Shown one piece after another: positions 1 through 11,975 of a stretch of 64,000 nucleotides of DNA; position 1 is the first letter of the stretch; every line of letters starts with the position of its first letter. The DNA is from Squalus acanthias (Eukaryota): assembly GCA_030390025.1 (NCBI GenBank), contig JASTWF010000035.1, positions 2,976,001 through 3,040,000 of the forward strand, written 5' to 3'. Position numbers and translations under genes: made by a program. The notes below the pieces were generated by a model. The model did not search any database. It was not told the DNA's origin and saw nothing but the letters and a program-made list of their open reading frames with translations.

Positions 1-2
1 AC

Positions 3-992
3 ACGAAAGCACCCCTCGAGGAGTTTACCATCCCCTCGCGGAGATTCGACCACATCCACGTGGACATCGTCGGGCCCCTGCCGCCGTCGCAAGGCCACAC
101 GCACTTGCTGACCATCGTTGACCGCACCACACACTGGCCTGAGGCAATTCCACTGACCTCTACTACCACCACCGCCGACATCGCCAGAGCCTTCGTCAGC
201 ACCTGGGTCGCACGGTTCGGCGTCCCCTCCGACATGACGTCGGACAGAGGTCCGCAATTTACCTCTGAACTCTGGACCGCCGTCGCACGCAATCTCGGGG
301 TGACCATTCACCGCACCACAGCGTACCACCCCCAAGCCAACGGACTGTGTGAGCGGTTCCACAGATCCTTGAAGGCATCTCTTCGAGCCAGCCTCCAAGA
401 CGGCGCCTGGACCGACCGACTTCCGTGGGTCCTCCTCGGTCTGCGCACCGCGGTTAAAGAAGACCTACACGCATCGGCAGCAGAGCTCGTGTACGGTCAG
501 CCGCTGCGCGTACCCGGCGAGTTCCTGCCCACCGCCACGACACCCTGGTCAGCCGACCAGCAACGCCACGACTTCGCCTCACCGGCGCTGCAGTTCGCCC
601 CGGTGCCCATTGCCCGACACGGCGAATCCACCTCACACGTCCCACTAAGCCTGCACCAGGCACGGTTTGTTTTCGTCCGGCACGACGCCCACCGCGGACC
701 CCTTCAACCCCCGTACGACGGGCCCTACAAGGTGCTACAGGCTGGGGACAAATTTTTCACCCTGCAAGTGGGCGACAGGACCGAAAAAGTGTCGGTGGAC
801 CGACTCAAGCCAGCACACTCGGAGCCCGGGGAGCAGGTCCCTGTAGCTCGTCCACCTCCACGCGGCCGACCTGCCCTCAAGCCAGTTCACCCAGCTGCTC
901 CACGCCCGGCCGTTCCACGTCCACCGGCGTCCTACAAGAGCCGCTCCGGCCGGCCCATCAGACCGCCGCACCATCTCGTCCACACCTCCTAA
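3..992 (+). CDS. Gypsy/Ty3 LTR retrotransposon pol, integrase portion (5'-truncated by window edge)
   Basis: Frame is open from position 3 (TKAPLEEF..RFDHIHVDIVGPLP). Contains the D-D-E core (VDIVGP, SDRGPQF, NGLCER) and the GPY/F motif (PPYDGPYKV). Confidence 0.95.
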   Translation, partial: TKAPLEEFTIPSRRFDHIHVDIVGPLPPSQGHTHLLTIVDRTTHWPEAIPLTSTTTTADIARAFVSTWVARFGVPSDMTSDRGPQFTSELWTAVARNLGVTIHRTTAYHPQANGLCERFHRSLKASLRASLQDGAWTDRLPWVLLGLRTAVKEDLHASAAELVYGQPLRVPGEFLPTATTPWSADQQRHDFASPALQFAPVPIARHGESTSHVPLSLHQARFVFVRHDAHRGPLQPPYDGPYKVLQAGDKFFTLQVGDRTEKVSVDRLKPAHSEPGEQVPVARPPPRGRPALKPVHPAAPRPAVPRPPASYKSRSGRPIRPPHHLVHTS

Positions 993-1010
993 GCGGATTC
1001 TGGGGGGAGC

Positions 1011-1253
1011 TGTGTGGCGGATCGCCACCTAAAATGGGCATAATCCACTCTTCCGTCTGTGGACAAATTTCCAACACCTTCCCCTTTAAGGCACATTACC
1101 TTTAAGGCAGAAGGGGGCGGGGCCTCAGGTTTTACCCAGAGAATTCTGGGAGCAGCTCTCTCAGCCATTTTGTGTGCCATGCAGTGAATTAAAGTTTCCT
1201 TGTTTTCCACATATGGATTCAGCCTCCATTCGTGTTTCGCGGCAGCCTTAACA
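1011..1253 (+). mobile_element. 3' LTR of the Gypsy element
   Basis: Polypurine tract GGGGGGAG at 1002-1009 just after the stop codon, then TGTG..., ATTAAA at 1188-1193, and end ...TTAACA at 1253. Confidence 0.75.
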
Positions 1254-2228
1254 AGGCTATCTTAACTTGTGCGAATTCTAACACAGTAGTGAGATGGATA
1301 ATGCTGGTCTGATGCACTGGCACCAAGACCAGTGTCCACAAATTGGGGGCTACAACCTAGCATCACTCAGTAACGCAAGGTCAGCCAATTTAAATATCAT
1401 GAAAGCTAGCTGTCTTTGAAGCTGTACCCAGCAATAAAATAGTTCCATTTCTCATCTGGCCTACCTTGAAGTACCCATTTCAAATGGGCATTGAGTATTT
1501 GGAACGCTTTTCAAGTGCTCCAGGCACATTGTGATGCTTCTCCCTCATTGGGGGATTACTGAACATTGTGTACAACCTGTATGCTGGTTCTATGCACTCA
1601 AAGCATTTATGGCCTATTTGTTATACATACTCCAGTGTAATAGTGTGGGTGTCAGGTCTGTGTGCCAAATAACCTGATACCTGAAGTGCAATGGTGCTTT
1701 CCAGTGCATTACCAGCCCCTTATTCTAGCAGGTAAATGTAAGGGTCAATTGGGGAGCATTTCCTTGCTGGCAGCAGATGAGTCCTATGGAATTAAATGGG
1801 TAACCCTCAGCCTTGAACTCCTTATTCAGTGGGAACAAATGTTTTACCTATTTTGAAGGCCATGCTCCTAGTGTGCACTGGCCTCATTAACCCCATGAAA
1901 GCATTACAATTAATCCCACGACAAATTTCCCATGCTCTTCTGCAATGCTACTCCTGCTTTGCTAAGGGCTGATATAAAAGGGGCACTGGGAGGTGATCCA
2001 AAACTCTCCTACTTAAAGCTAGGTTGCCATACTTGCTCCTGTTTTTCTGCCCACTTTTAATAACAGCATTCTTGCTCTCCCCAGTTCCCAATCACAGATG
2101 TAAGCACGGTGCTCAGTGTGGCAATTCCGTTGGGCCTGTCAAAGGCTGTCATGGATTTGGAGGAGCCAGTTAAATTTGTGCTGTAAAAGAAAGGCAGGTG
2201 AACTCAGCTGTCCGGCGCTCAGCGACAG

Positions 2229-2566
2229 GTTTATAAATAGAGGCATACAGTACAAAAGACAGGAGGTTATGCTAAACCTAGTTCGGCCCCAGCTGGAGTA
2301 TTGTGTCCAATTCTGGGCACCGTACTTTAGAAAGGACGTGAAGGCTTTGTAAAGGGTACAGAAGAGATTTACTAGAATGGTTCCAGGGATGAGGGATTAC
2401 AGTTATGTAGATAGACTAGCTCAAGATAAAGCTCAGGATCCCATATTCCTTTTTAACAACTTTATCAACTTGTTCTGCCACCTTCAAAGACTTGTGTACG
2501 TACACACCCAGGTCTCTCTGTTTCTGCACTCCCTTTAAAGTTGTACCACTAAGTTTATATTGCCTG
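2229..2566. mobile_element. Rearranged CR1 RT fragment (+ 2229-2419, adjacent upstream part inverted at 2427-2566)
   Basis: [18 protein letters not shown] on +. The segment that normally precedes it in CR1 lies on the - strand immediately downstream. Confidence 0.7.
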
Positions 2567-2764
2567 TGTGGAGTTTCTGTGTGGATTCAGCTCTAACACA
2601 CAGAGTATTTTGACCCCTCATTTGGAATGTTGATAATTAAGATTGTGGTAATGAAGGTATCTGAAAGACATCAGCGAGGGTGAATGTATCGGCCTTTCTA
2701 ACATTGAGAGTTATGGATAATTTAGTAAAACATTCTTCCTCTTTCAATAAATTGGAGAGTCTGA

Positions 2765-3865
2765 GCATAAGAATTAGGAGCAGGAGTCAGGCCATACAGC
2801 CCTTTGAGCCTGCTCCGCCATTCAATAAGATCATGGCTGATCTTCGACCTCAACTCCACTTTCCCGCCCGATCTCCATATCCCTTGATTCCCCTAGAGTC
2901 CAAAAATCCATCGATCTCAGCCTTGAATATACTCAAAGACTCAGCATCCACAGCCCTCTGGGACAGAGAATTCCAAAGATTCACAACCCTCTGAGTGAAG
3001 AAATTCCTCCTCATCTCGGTCTTAAATGGCCGACCCCTTATCCTGAGACTATGCCCCCTGGCTCTAGACTCTCCACCCAGGGGAAACAACCTCTGTCGTG
3101 TCAATCCTTCTCAGTATCTTATGTTTCAATGAGATCACCTCTCATTCTTCGAAACTGCGGAGAATATAGGCCCAATCTACTCAATCTCTCCTCATAGGAC
3201 AGTCCTCTCATCCCAGGAATCAATCTGGTGAACCTTCGTTGCACCGCCTCTAAGGCAAGTATATCCTTCCTTAGATAAGGAGACCAAAACTGTACACAGT
3301 ACTCCAGGTGTGGTCTCACCAAAGCCCTATACAATTGTAGTAAGACTTCCTTACTCTTGTACTCCAACCCCCTTGCAATAAAGGCCAACATGCCATTTGC
3401 CTTCCTAATTGCTTGCTGTACCTGCATGCTAACTCTCTGTGTTTCCTCTTCGAGGACACCTAAATCTCTCTGAACACCAACATTTAAGTTTCTCACCATT
3501 TAAAAAATATCCTGTTTTTCTATTCTTCCTACCAAATTGAATAACCTCACATTTCCCCACATTATACTCCATCTGCCACCTTATTGCCCACTCACTTAAC
3601 CTGTCCATACCCCTTTCCAACCTCTTTGTGTTCTCCTCACAGCTTACTTTCCCACCTAGCTTTGTATCATCAGTAAACTTGGATCCATTGCACTCGGTCC
3701 CTTCATCTAAATCATTGATATAGGTTGTAAATAGCTGAAGCCCAAGCACTGATCCTTGCAGCACCCCACTAGTTACAGCCTGCCAACCGGTAAAATGACC
3801 CTTCTATCCCTATTCTCTTTTCTGTCTGTTAACCATCCTCTATCCATGCTAATATATTGTAACCA
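2765..3865 (-). mobile_element. 5'-truncated CR1 LINE
   Basis: RT motifs QGSVLG, FTDDTKL and [13 protein letters not shown], with the CR1 3' UTR/tail at the left end. Frameshifted. Confidence 0.92.
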
Positions 3866-4001
3866 TACAGATTTATAATGGGTTCCTGGCCGAATAGTCT
3901 TTTCCTAATCTGTATTCTATTAGGCATTCTTATGATAATGCCACTGTTACATTTGATCTCGTAACTAATGGTTAACTATGTTATTCTTCCCTTTCCTCTA
4001 G

Positions 4002-4135
4002 GTACTCCTCTTTGGCTCATATTACTCCTGGCGGGAATCCTGCTGCTACTTGTTGTGGATGGTATCTTGGCATTATTCGTGTGCATGAAGTGGCGTAGAA
4101 CCATTTCGCAATCAGCACTAGCTTCCATCACTTAG
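4002..4135 (+). CDS. Candidate last coding exon (transmembrane helix + short tail) of an upstream type-I membrane protein
   Basis: Polypyrimidine acceptor ttcttccctttcctctAG at 4001. Phase-1 exon reads xTPLWLILLLAGILLLLVVDGILALFVCMKWRRTISQSALASIT* (TAG 4133-4135), followed by donor GTAAGT at 4148. Confidence 0.7.
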
Positions 4136-4691
4136 AATAATTCTACAGTAAGTTGGGAGTTATTGTATGATTTATGTAAATGAATGCAAATTTGCTTAAT
4201 TTACTATGGCACTGCTCTTCCATGCCAGATATGTGCTTTACACCTTTTAATGTGGCAATACTTGTGATAGATCAGAATTTTCAGTTGTTCAAAAGTAATG
4301 ACTGGTCAGATTTGAGCTCAGAACAGATATGCCTGTCACAGAGTAGCTAGCATTTAGCATTGGAACAGTCTATGTTGTCTGAATTGATATTCTGACATCA
4401 AGACAGGTTGTATTCTGACCAGAGAGCGGAGAACAGGCTGAGTTTTTGATGGAGCTAACTGGCCAGGGTAGCTCTTGAGGTTGTGCCATCTAACGAATAG
4501 GGTGAGGATTGATGGGCCTGGTGAAATTTTCTTGCCTTTCTTTTCATATGTTCGCATTTTGTAATTGCAGATGTTGAGACAAAATAGATTTTGGTGCAGA
4601 GGAGAGTGTGAGAGTAGTGGACAGCTAAAATATGTTTTGGGACTGTTGTAGAAAGTTTTATTTCCTTTTATTATCTATCTGTCTATGATAG

Positions 4692-4925
4692 GAATATTGC
4701 ACAAGAATTTGTAGAAAAGGTGTATAAACCAAGACTCACTTTGAGACCTTTCCCAGGAGCTCTGTCTCTGGTGGCTGGGTCTTGCAAAAGCAAAGGCTTC
4801 TGCATGCAGCTGTTGGAGTGCTGCTGCTGTGAGGGCTGCACACCAACTTCTCCACTGGTACCAGGAATAGAATTCTGGTTACCAGATATCAGTGCAAGAA
4901 TAAACCTCATGGAATTAGAAAGAAT
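4692..4925 (+). other. Possible terminal 3'UTR exon of the upstream membrane-protein gene
   Basis: T-rich tract and AG at 4690-4691; AATAAA at 4899-4904. Confidence 0.35.
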
Positions 4926-5639
4926 CTAAATTCCTTGAGATAAAGTCAACCGACTGGTCCGGATTTTGCGTTGAGGCTAACAGTAAATCGGACAGCAACT
5001 TCCGGAGTCCGCACATGCGCAGTTAAACGCAGAAATCCGGAAGTTACTGTCTGAGTTAACCTGCTCCTCCAGAGGCTGCGCTCCCCCGGCATGTCGCTGA
5101 TAGATTCAGCATTGAAATCCATGTAAGGGCGTGAAGTAGCTGTACTTACCCACTAGTTACCAACTAAACACGGCAGAAAAGTTGGGCTGCTGCATTCAGG
5201 TGTAAGTGAATTTTTAATGGTGTGACAAGCAGTATTCCCTCTAACGCCCCATTCACTACGCTGACAGCTGCCCACAGACTTTTCACAGGCTTTTGAGCAG
5301 CAACTTGCTGCCATTGGGCATCTGATCCAGTGCGGTGCCCTCTACAGGGGATCTGTGGCATGTGCGAGCGGGCAAGCAACAGCAAGGCTCTTCAACCAAT
5401 CAGATTGAAGCATCCTCACCGAGACACACACAGCTCAAACCAGGAAGTATAAATTAGATTTAAATCGTGTGCAGGAAGTGAAAGAAAGGTGGGATTAAGA
5501 GACAAAGAAAAGGAATGAGAATCCACATTTGTAAAATTAAATTTTCAATGATAGAGATTGTTTGGCAGTAATTATGATTAACTACCAATGTTCCCTGCAA
5601 CATATGGACCATTCAAAGTACCACGCCATTCCTTCGCCA

Positions 5640-6290
5640 CTGACCGCAAAAGCTGGGCCGATAAGGCAACTGGATGCCTCTTGGCAAAGGTGGGGAAAGC
5701 TCCTGTGTGAAATATTCCATCATATCACATAGTACCCCCATAATGTGCCAAATTCAAGGCGGGCGAAGGGCCGACTACCATACGGCTTCTGCCTCAAGTT
5801 CCGCTGGTGCCGGTCCAGATTGCAGCGTGGAGGTACTGCGGACCCTGATCTCCGAGAGAGCCGCACCCTGCCAATACATTCCGCCCTGCAGGCGGAGCGG
5901 CCGCTGCACTCCCGGCTCCGGCTCCGGCTCCTCCGAGCGGCGCCTCTTGCGAACACTTGCACTCCTCGACAACTGTGTGCCACTTCCAGCCGTGTGATTG
6001 GCGGAGCTGCTGGAGATCCGGGTCCGCCCCTCAGCCTGAGGCACCGATCGAGCAGCGTGGCTGGCACCGCGGCCCGGGCCTGTGGCTGGCACCGAGCTGA
6101 GAACGACCGGGAGCCGGTGAGCGGGGCAGAGCTGGCACTGGATCTGTGTGTAATGTATACTGGAGCGGGCCGCGGGTTCTCTTTCCCAGCGGCTGGCGGG
6201 TCTTTTCAGCCGGCAGTCAGCCGCCAGCTGTAGCTGAAGGAAGTGGCTCAGCCTCCTGTCACTTCACTCACACGCCGTGTCCTCATGTGT
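5640..6290 (+). promoter_or_regulatory. MOGS: CpG island, probable MOGS promoter and non-coding exon 1 (donor CCG|GTGAGC at 6116/6117)
   Basis: Dense non-repeat CpG/GC sequence with CCAAT at 5871, ATTGG at 5997 and GC boxes. The MOGS ATG exon has its own splice acceptor, so an upstream exon is expected. Confidence 0.65.
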
Positions 6291-6631
6291 GTTGTGCATT
6301 CTGGCTCAGGGTTGCACTTGATGTACTGAATGAGTTACTGACACAAAGTTATCCTTAAGATATACAATAGCTACAATGTAAAAGTTTTTTGTACCCTTGT
6401 CACATTATAATTTGCATCTGCAGTTTCATACGAATTGCTGGACATAAAAAGACCAGTCTAGTTCGCCTTTAACTAGCCTGGTAGTTGCAGGATACAATAA
6501 TGGAGTTGTTAACTAATCATCATCAATTAATTTGTCTATGACAGACCCAGACATGACGTGAAGAAAACCTCCAGCGGTGGAGAGCTTTGGGATATAGATC
6601 CAAACTCATACACTGTATCCTAAAATATTAA

Positions 6632-7097
6632 TCATGATGCGGCGATGCCGGTGTTGGACTGGGGTGGACAAAAATGAGAAGTCGCACAACACCAGGTTAT
6701 AGTCCAACAGTTTTATTTGAAATTACGAGCTTTCGGAGCTCTGCTCCTTCGTCAGGTACAGTGAGGGAATACAAATCAGTTACAAAGCATATATAGACAG
6801 AGAACAAAGTGTCTGCAGAGATACAATCCGTCAGGGAGGCATTACATCAAAGACACAGCAGAGTACAGCTAAGACCCCCTGTGACCCCACCTCATTGTCT
6901 TAGCTGTACTCTGCTGTGTCTTTGATGTAATGCCTCCCTGACGGATTGTATCTCTGCAGACACATTGTTCTCTGTCTATATATGCTTTGTAACCGATTTG
7001 TATTCCCTCACTGTACCTGACGAAGGAGCAGAGCTCCGAAAGCTCGTAATTTCAAATAAAACTGTTGGACTATAACCTGGTGTTGTGCAACTTCTCA
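6632..7097. mobile_element. Penelope-like element remnant: inverted pLTR hairpin with unpaired tail
   Basis: 12-bp TSD CTAAAATATTAA (6620-6631 / 7098-7109). 201-bp inverted arms 6675-6875 / 6897-7097. Starts with tail TCATGATGCGGCGATGCCGGTGTTGGACTGGGGTGGAC. Confidence 0.85.
7014..7048 (+). ncRNA. Minimal hammerhead ribozyme motif (mirror copy on - strand at 6724-6758)
   Basis: tac-CTGACGA-a-GGAGC-aga-GCTCC-GAAA-gc-TC-gta: conserved core, stem II, short stem I and palindromic stem III. Confidence 0.8.
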
Positions 7098-7191
7098 CTA
7101 AAATATTAAGAGTGAGATCGAGGGTAGTAACAGACTTCAGGAGGACATAAAAGGATTGGTGAAATAGGCAGACAAATGGTAGATGCAATTT

Positions 7192-7522
7192 ACAACAACT
7201 TGTATTTATATAGCGCGTTTAACATAGTAAAAAGTCCCGAGGCACTTCACGTGAGCGTTATCAAACATAAATTGACACCGAGCCACATGAGATATTAGGG
7301 CAGGTGACCAAAAGCTTGATCAAAGAGGTAGGTTTTAAGGAGCGCCATAAAGGAGGAAAGAGAGGTAGTGAGGCGGAGAGGTTTAGGGAGGGAAGTCCAG
7401 AACTTAGGGCCCAGGCAGCTGAAGGCACGGCTGCCAATAGTGGAGCGATTAAAATCAAGGATGCGCAAGAGGCCAGAATTGGAGGAGCGCAGAGATCTCG
7501 GAAAGTTGGAGGGCTGGAGGAG
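7192..7522 (-). mobile_element. L2-type LINE 3' end
   Basis: The - strand ends ...CGCTATATAAATACAAGTTGTTGT. The same tail family is present at 25390-25535 (+) and 38070-38330 (-). Confidence 0.7.
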
Positions 7523-7527
7523 GTGGT

Positions 7528-9232
7528 TGTTTTATTCATTCATGGGGTTTGGGCATCGCTGGCGAGGCCAGCATTTATTGCGCATCCCAAATTGCCCTTG
7601 AGAAGTTGGAGGTGAGCCGCTTTCTTGAATCCTGCAGTCCGTGTGGTGAAGGTGCTCCCACAGTGCTGTTAGGGAGGCAGTTACAGGATTTTGACCCAGT
7701 GACAATGAAGGATCAGCGATATATTTCCAAGTCAGGTTGGTGTGTAACTTGGAGGTGGTGGTGTTCCCATGCGCCTGCTGCCCTTGTCCTTCTAGGTGGT
7801 AGAGGTCGCTTGTTTAGGAGGAAGAAGCCTTGGCGAGTTGCTGCAGTGCATCTTGTAGATGGTACACACTGCAGCCACAGTACACTGGTGGTGGAGGGAT
7901 TAAATGTTTAAGGTGATGGATGGGGTGCCAATCAAGCGGGCTGCTTTGTCCTGGACGGTGTCGAGCTTCTTGAGTGTTGTTGGAGCTGCACTCATGCAGG
8001 CAAGTGGAGAGTATTCCATCACATTTAGACAAGTTGAGTGAGTGGGCAAATACATGGCAGATGCAGTATAACGTGGATAAATATGAAGTTATCCACTTCG
8101 GTAGGAAAAACAGAAAGGCAGAGTATTATTTAAATGGTGATAGATTGGGAAATGTTGATGTACAAAGGGACCTGGGTGTCCTTGTACACCAGTCACTGAA
8201 AGCAAACATGCAGGTGCAGCAAGCAGTTAGGAAGGCAAATGGTATGTTGGCCTTCATTGCAAGAGGATTTGAGTACAGGAGCAAGGATGTCTTACTACAG
8301 TTGTACAGGGCCTTGGTGAGACCACACCTGGAGTACTGTGTGCAGTTTTGATCTCCTTACCTAAGAAAGGATATACTTGCCATAGAGGGAGTGCAGCAAA
8401 GGTTCACCAGACTGATTCCTGGGATGGCAGGACTGTCGTATGAGGAGAGATTGGGTCGACTAGGCCTGTATTCACTAGAGTTCAGAAGAATGAGAGGGGA
8501 TCTCATTGAAACGTATAAAATTCTGACAGGGCTGGACAGACTGGATGCAGGGAGGATCTTTCCCCTGGCTGGGCGGTCTAGAACGAGGGGTCACAGTCTC
8601 AGGATACAGGGTAGGACATTTAGGACTGAGATGAGGAGAAATTTCTTCACTCAGAGGGTGGTGAACCTGTGGAATTCTCTACCACAGAAGGCTGTGGAGG
8701 CCAAGTCACTGAATATATTTAAGAAGGAGATAGATAGATTTCTAGACACAAAAGGCATCAAGGGGTATGGGGAGAGAGCGGGAATATGGTATTGAGATAG
8801 AGGATCAGCCATGATCATATTGAATGGTGGAGCAGGCTCGAAGGGCCTAATGGCCTACTCCTGCTCCTATTTTTCTATGTTTCTATCACACTCCTGACTT
8901 GTGCCTTGTAGATGGTGGAAAGGCTTTGGGGAGTCAGGAGGTGAGACTCTCGCTGCAGAATCTTCAGTTTCTGACCTGCTCTTGTTGCCACAGTATTTAT
9001 GTGGCTGGTCCAGTTAAGTTTCTGGCCAATGGTGACCCCCAGGATGTTGATAGTGGGGGATTCGGCGATGGTAATGCCGTTGAATGTCAAGGGGAGGTGG
9101 TTAGACTCTCGCATGTTGGAGATAGTCATTGCCTGGCACTTGTGTGGCACAGATGTTATTTGCCACATATCAGCCCAAGCCTGAATATTACCCATGTCTT
9201 GCTGCATGTGGGCATGGACTGCTTCATTATCT
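7528..9232 (-). mobile_element. Second (divergent CR1-group) LINE family, 3' part, interrupted by a CR1
   Basis: RT tail QQDMGNIQAWADMWQ..IYKAQVRSV; homologous to 53739-56287. Confidence 0.85.
8024..8884 (+). mobile_element. 5'-truncated CR1 nested in the previous LINE
   Basis: RT C-terminus, TTTCTATG tail, and TSD ATCACA (8018-8023 / 8885-8890). Confidence 0.92.
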
Positions 9233-9926
9233 AATTAATTTATGTCGCAATCATTATGTCGAAGATTGTCTCAGGGGCACCTTCTACGTGGGAGAGATGG
9301 ACACCAGCAGGAGTTACAGGAAGTCCACCCTCGTGGACCCCCTGAGTTTTTGTTTGACGTACTTCATGCAGTGACTTTGTGGGAGACAGGAGCTAGTGTA
9401 CCGTGCTTTGCCCTTAATGTGACAGTTTCCTGGTTAGAAATCAAATCCTCAAATACTTGAGGTGCAGGCCAGGGTGTCTTTTAGTTGTGTCTCATTCTTA
9501 AAAGTCCTTTTGAATGGTAGTAGTATTACTCTGATATATCTCCAACAAATAATTATGAATGAAAATGGCAGTACAATTCAGTATAATAAATTCTTCAATT
9601 CTACTGATGGTTAATAATTGAGCCATTTTTGAAAGAACTGCAGTGTCACCTATTAGAGGGATAATCCATCCTGCTGTGTATTTTTCAAAACATCATCTGT
9701 TATATTTAAACCACCAGTCACTGCACAAAGTACTTCAAACAAAATCTCAGAGCGTCCACAGGGTGGACTTTTGACTGTCCCTAAGCTCCTGTACTTCCTG
9801 CTGGTGTCCATCTCACCTCCATGCAAGGTGCCCTGAGGCATTCTTATAAATGCAATATAAAATAAGTAAATAAGTAGTTGCAAATTTTATATATCTATAT
9901 AAATCTATGCTGATCACAAATATTGC

Positions 9927-10200
9927 AAAGAAAGACTTGCATTTATATAGCGCCTTTCACGACCACCGGACGTCCTAAAGTGCTTTACAGCCAATTAAGT
10001 ACTTTTTGAAGTTTAGTCACTGTTGTAATGTAGCCAATTTACACACAGCAAGATCTCACAAACAGCAAGGTGATAATGACCAGATAATCTGTTTTAGTGA
10101 TGTTGGTTGAGGGATAAATATTGGCCAGGACACCGGGGATAACTCTCCATCTCCTCTTCATGGGATCTTTTTCACGTCTACCTGAGAGAGCAGACGGGGC
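9927..10200 (-). mobile_element. Deu-domain SINE (SacSINE1-like), 3' half
   Basis: The - strand has TCAGGTAGACGTGAAAAAGATCCCATG...CCGGTGTCCTGGCCAATATTTATCCCTCAACC and an L2-like tail. Homologous to 23670-24092. Confidence 0.7.
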
Positions 10201-10379
10201 AGATATTTCCGCAGTGTTGATAGCCCTGTATTTGGTACCAAGACTGATTGATGTTAGTTGGATGTACAGTATATGTTATTTTGGCAATCTTTTGGAGTGC
10301 TATGTAATGTTTCTTATTGGTCCCCATTTTCTTCATAATCGGTTTGGAGAATAGGAAGACTGAGTATTGATGTATTAAT

Positions 10380-11975
10380 GTAAATAAAAATTGATAAAGA
10401 GGAGGTACCAGAAAGGCTGTCTGTACTTAAAGTAGATAAGTCACCAGGACCGGATGGAATGCATCCTAGGCCACTGAGAGAAGTGAAGGAAGAAATTTCA
10501 GAGGCACTGGCCATAATCTTCCAATCCTCCTTAGATACGGGGGTGATGCCAGAGGCCTGGAGAATTGCAAATGTTACACCCTTGTTCAAAAAAGGGTGTA
10601 AAGATAAACCCAGCAACTACAGGCCAGTCAATTTAACCTCGGTAGTGGGGAAGCTTTTAGAAACAATAATCAGGGACAAAATTAACAGTCGCTTGGACAA
10701 GTGTGGATTAATTAAGGAAAGCCAGCACGGATTTGTTAAAGGCAAATCATGTTTAACTAACTAGATGAGGTAACAGAGGGTTGATGAGGGCAATGCGGTT
10801 GACGTAGTGTACATGGATTTCCAAAAGGTGTTCGATAAAGTGCCACATAATAGACTTGCCAGCAAAGTTGAAGCCCATGGAATAAAAGGGACAGTGGCGG
10901 CATGGATACGAAATTGGCTAAGTGACAGGAAACAGAAAGTAATGGTGAACGGTTGTTTTTCGGACTAGAGGAAGGTATACAATGGTGTTCCCCAGGGGTC
11001 GGTACTAGGACCACTGCTTTTCTTGATATTTATTAATGACTTGGATGTGGGTGTACAGGGCACAATTTCAAAATTTGCAGTTGAGACAAAACTTGGAAGT
11101 ATAGTGAACAGTGAGGAGGATAGGGATAGGCTTCAGGAAGACATAGACAGGCTGGTGGAATGGGCGGATACGTGGCAAATGAAATTTAACGCAGATAAAA
11201 GCAAAGTGATACATTTTGGTAGAAGGAATGAGGAGAGGAAATATAAAATAAAGGGTACAATTCTAAAGTGGGTGCATGAACAGAGAGACCTGGGGGTATA
11301 TGTGCACAAATCGTTGAAGGTGGCAGGGCAGGTTGAGAAAGCGGTTAAAAAAGCATACGGGATCCTGGGCTTCATGAATAGAGGTATAGAGTACAAAAGC
11401 GTGGAAGTTATGATGAACCTGTATAAAACACTGGCTCGGTCTCAACTGGAGTATTGTGTCCAATTCTGGACACCGCACTTTAGGAAGGATGTGAAGGCCT
11501 TAGAGAGGGTGCAGAAAAGATATACAAGTATGATTCAAGGGATGAGGGACTTCAGTTATGTGGATAGACTGAAGAAGCTGGGGTTTTTCTCCTTGGAGCA
11601 GAGAAGGTTGAGAGATTTGATCGAGGTGTTCAACATCATGAGGGGTCTGGACAGAGTAGATAGAGAGAAACTGTTCCCATTGGCAAAGGGGTCGAGAACC
11701 AGAGGACACAGATTTAAGGTGATTGGCAGAAGAACCAAAGGCGACATGAGGAAAAACTTTTTTTACGCAGCGAGAGGTTAGGATCTGGAATGCACTGCCT
11801 GAAAGGGTGGTGGAGGCAGACTCAGTCACGTTTTCAAAAGTACCTGAAGGAAAAATATTTGCAGGGCTACGGGGAAAGGGCGGGGGAGTGGGACTAGCTG
11901 AAGTGCTCTTGCAGAGAGCCGGCACGGGCTGGATAGGCCGAATGGCCTCCCGTGCTGTTACCATTCAATGATTCG
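10380..11975 (+). mobile_element. CR1 LINE (RT domain to 3' end), decayed
   Basis: [28 protein letters not shown] and LEYCVQFW motifs. Same subfamily as 35900-37835. Confidence 0.92.

Noticed and set aside
5871..6005. ER-stress element (ERSE) in the MOGS promoter
   Set aside because: CCAAT/ATTGG boxes are present but neither has CCACG at the required spacing.
5674..6358. Overlapping ORFs in the GC-rich region
   Set aside because: Expected stop-poor frames of a CpG island, with no recognisable domain.
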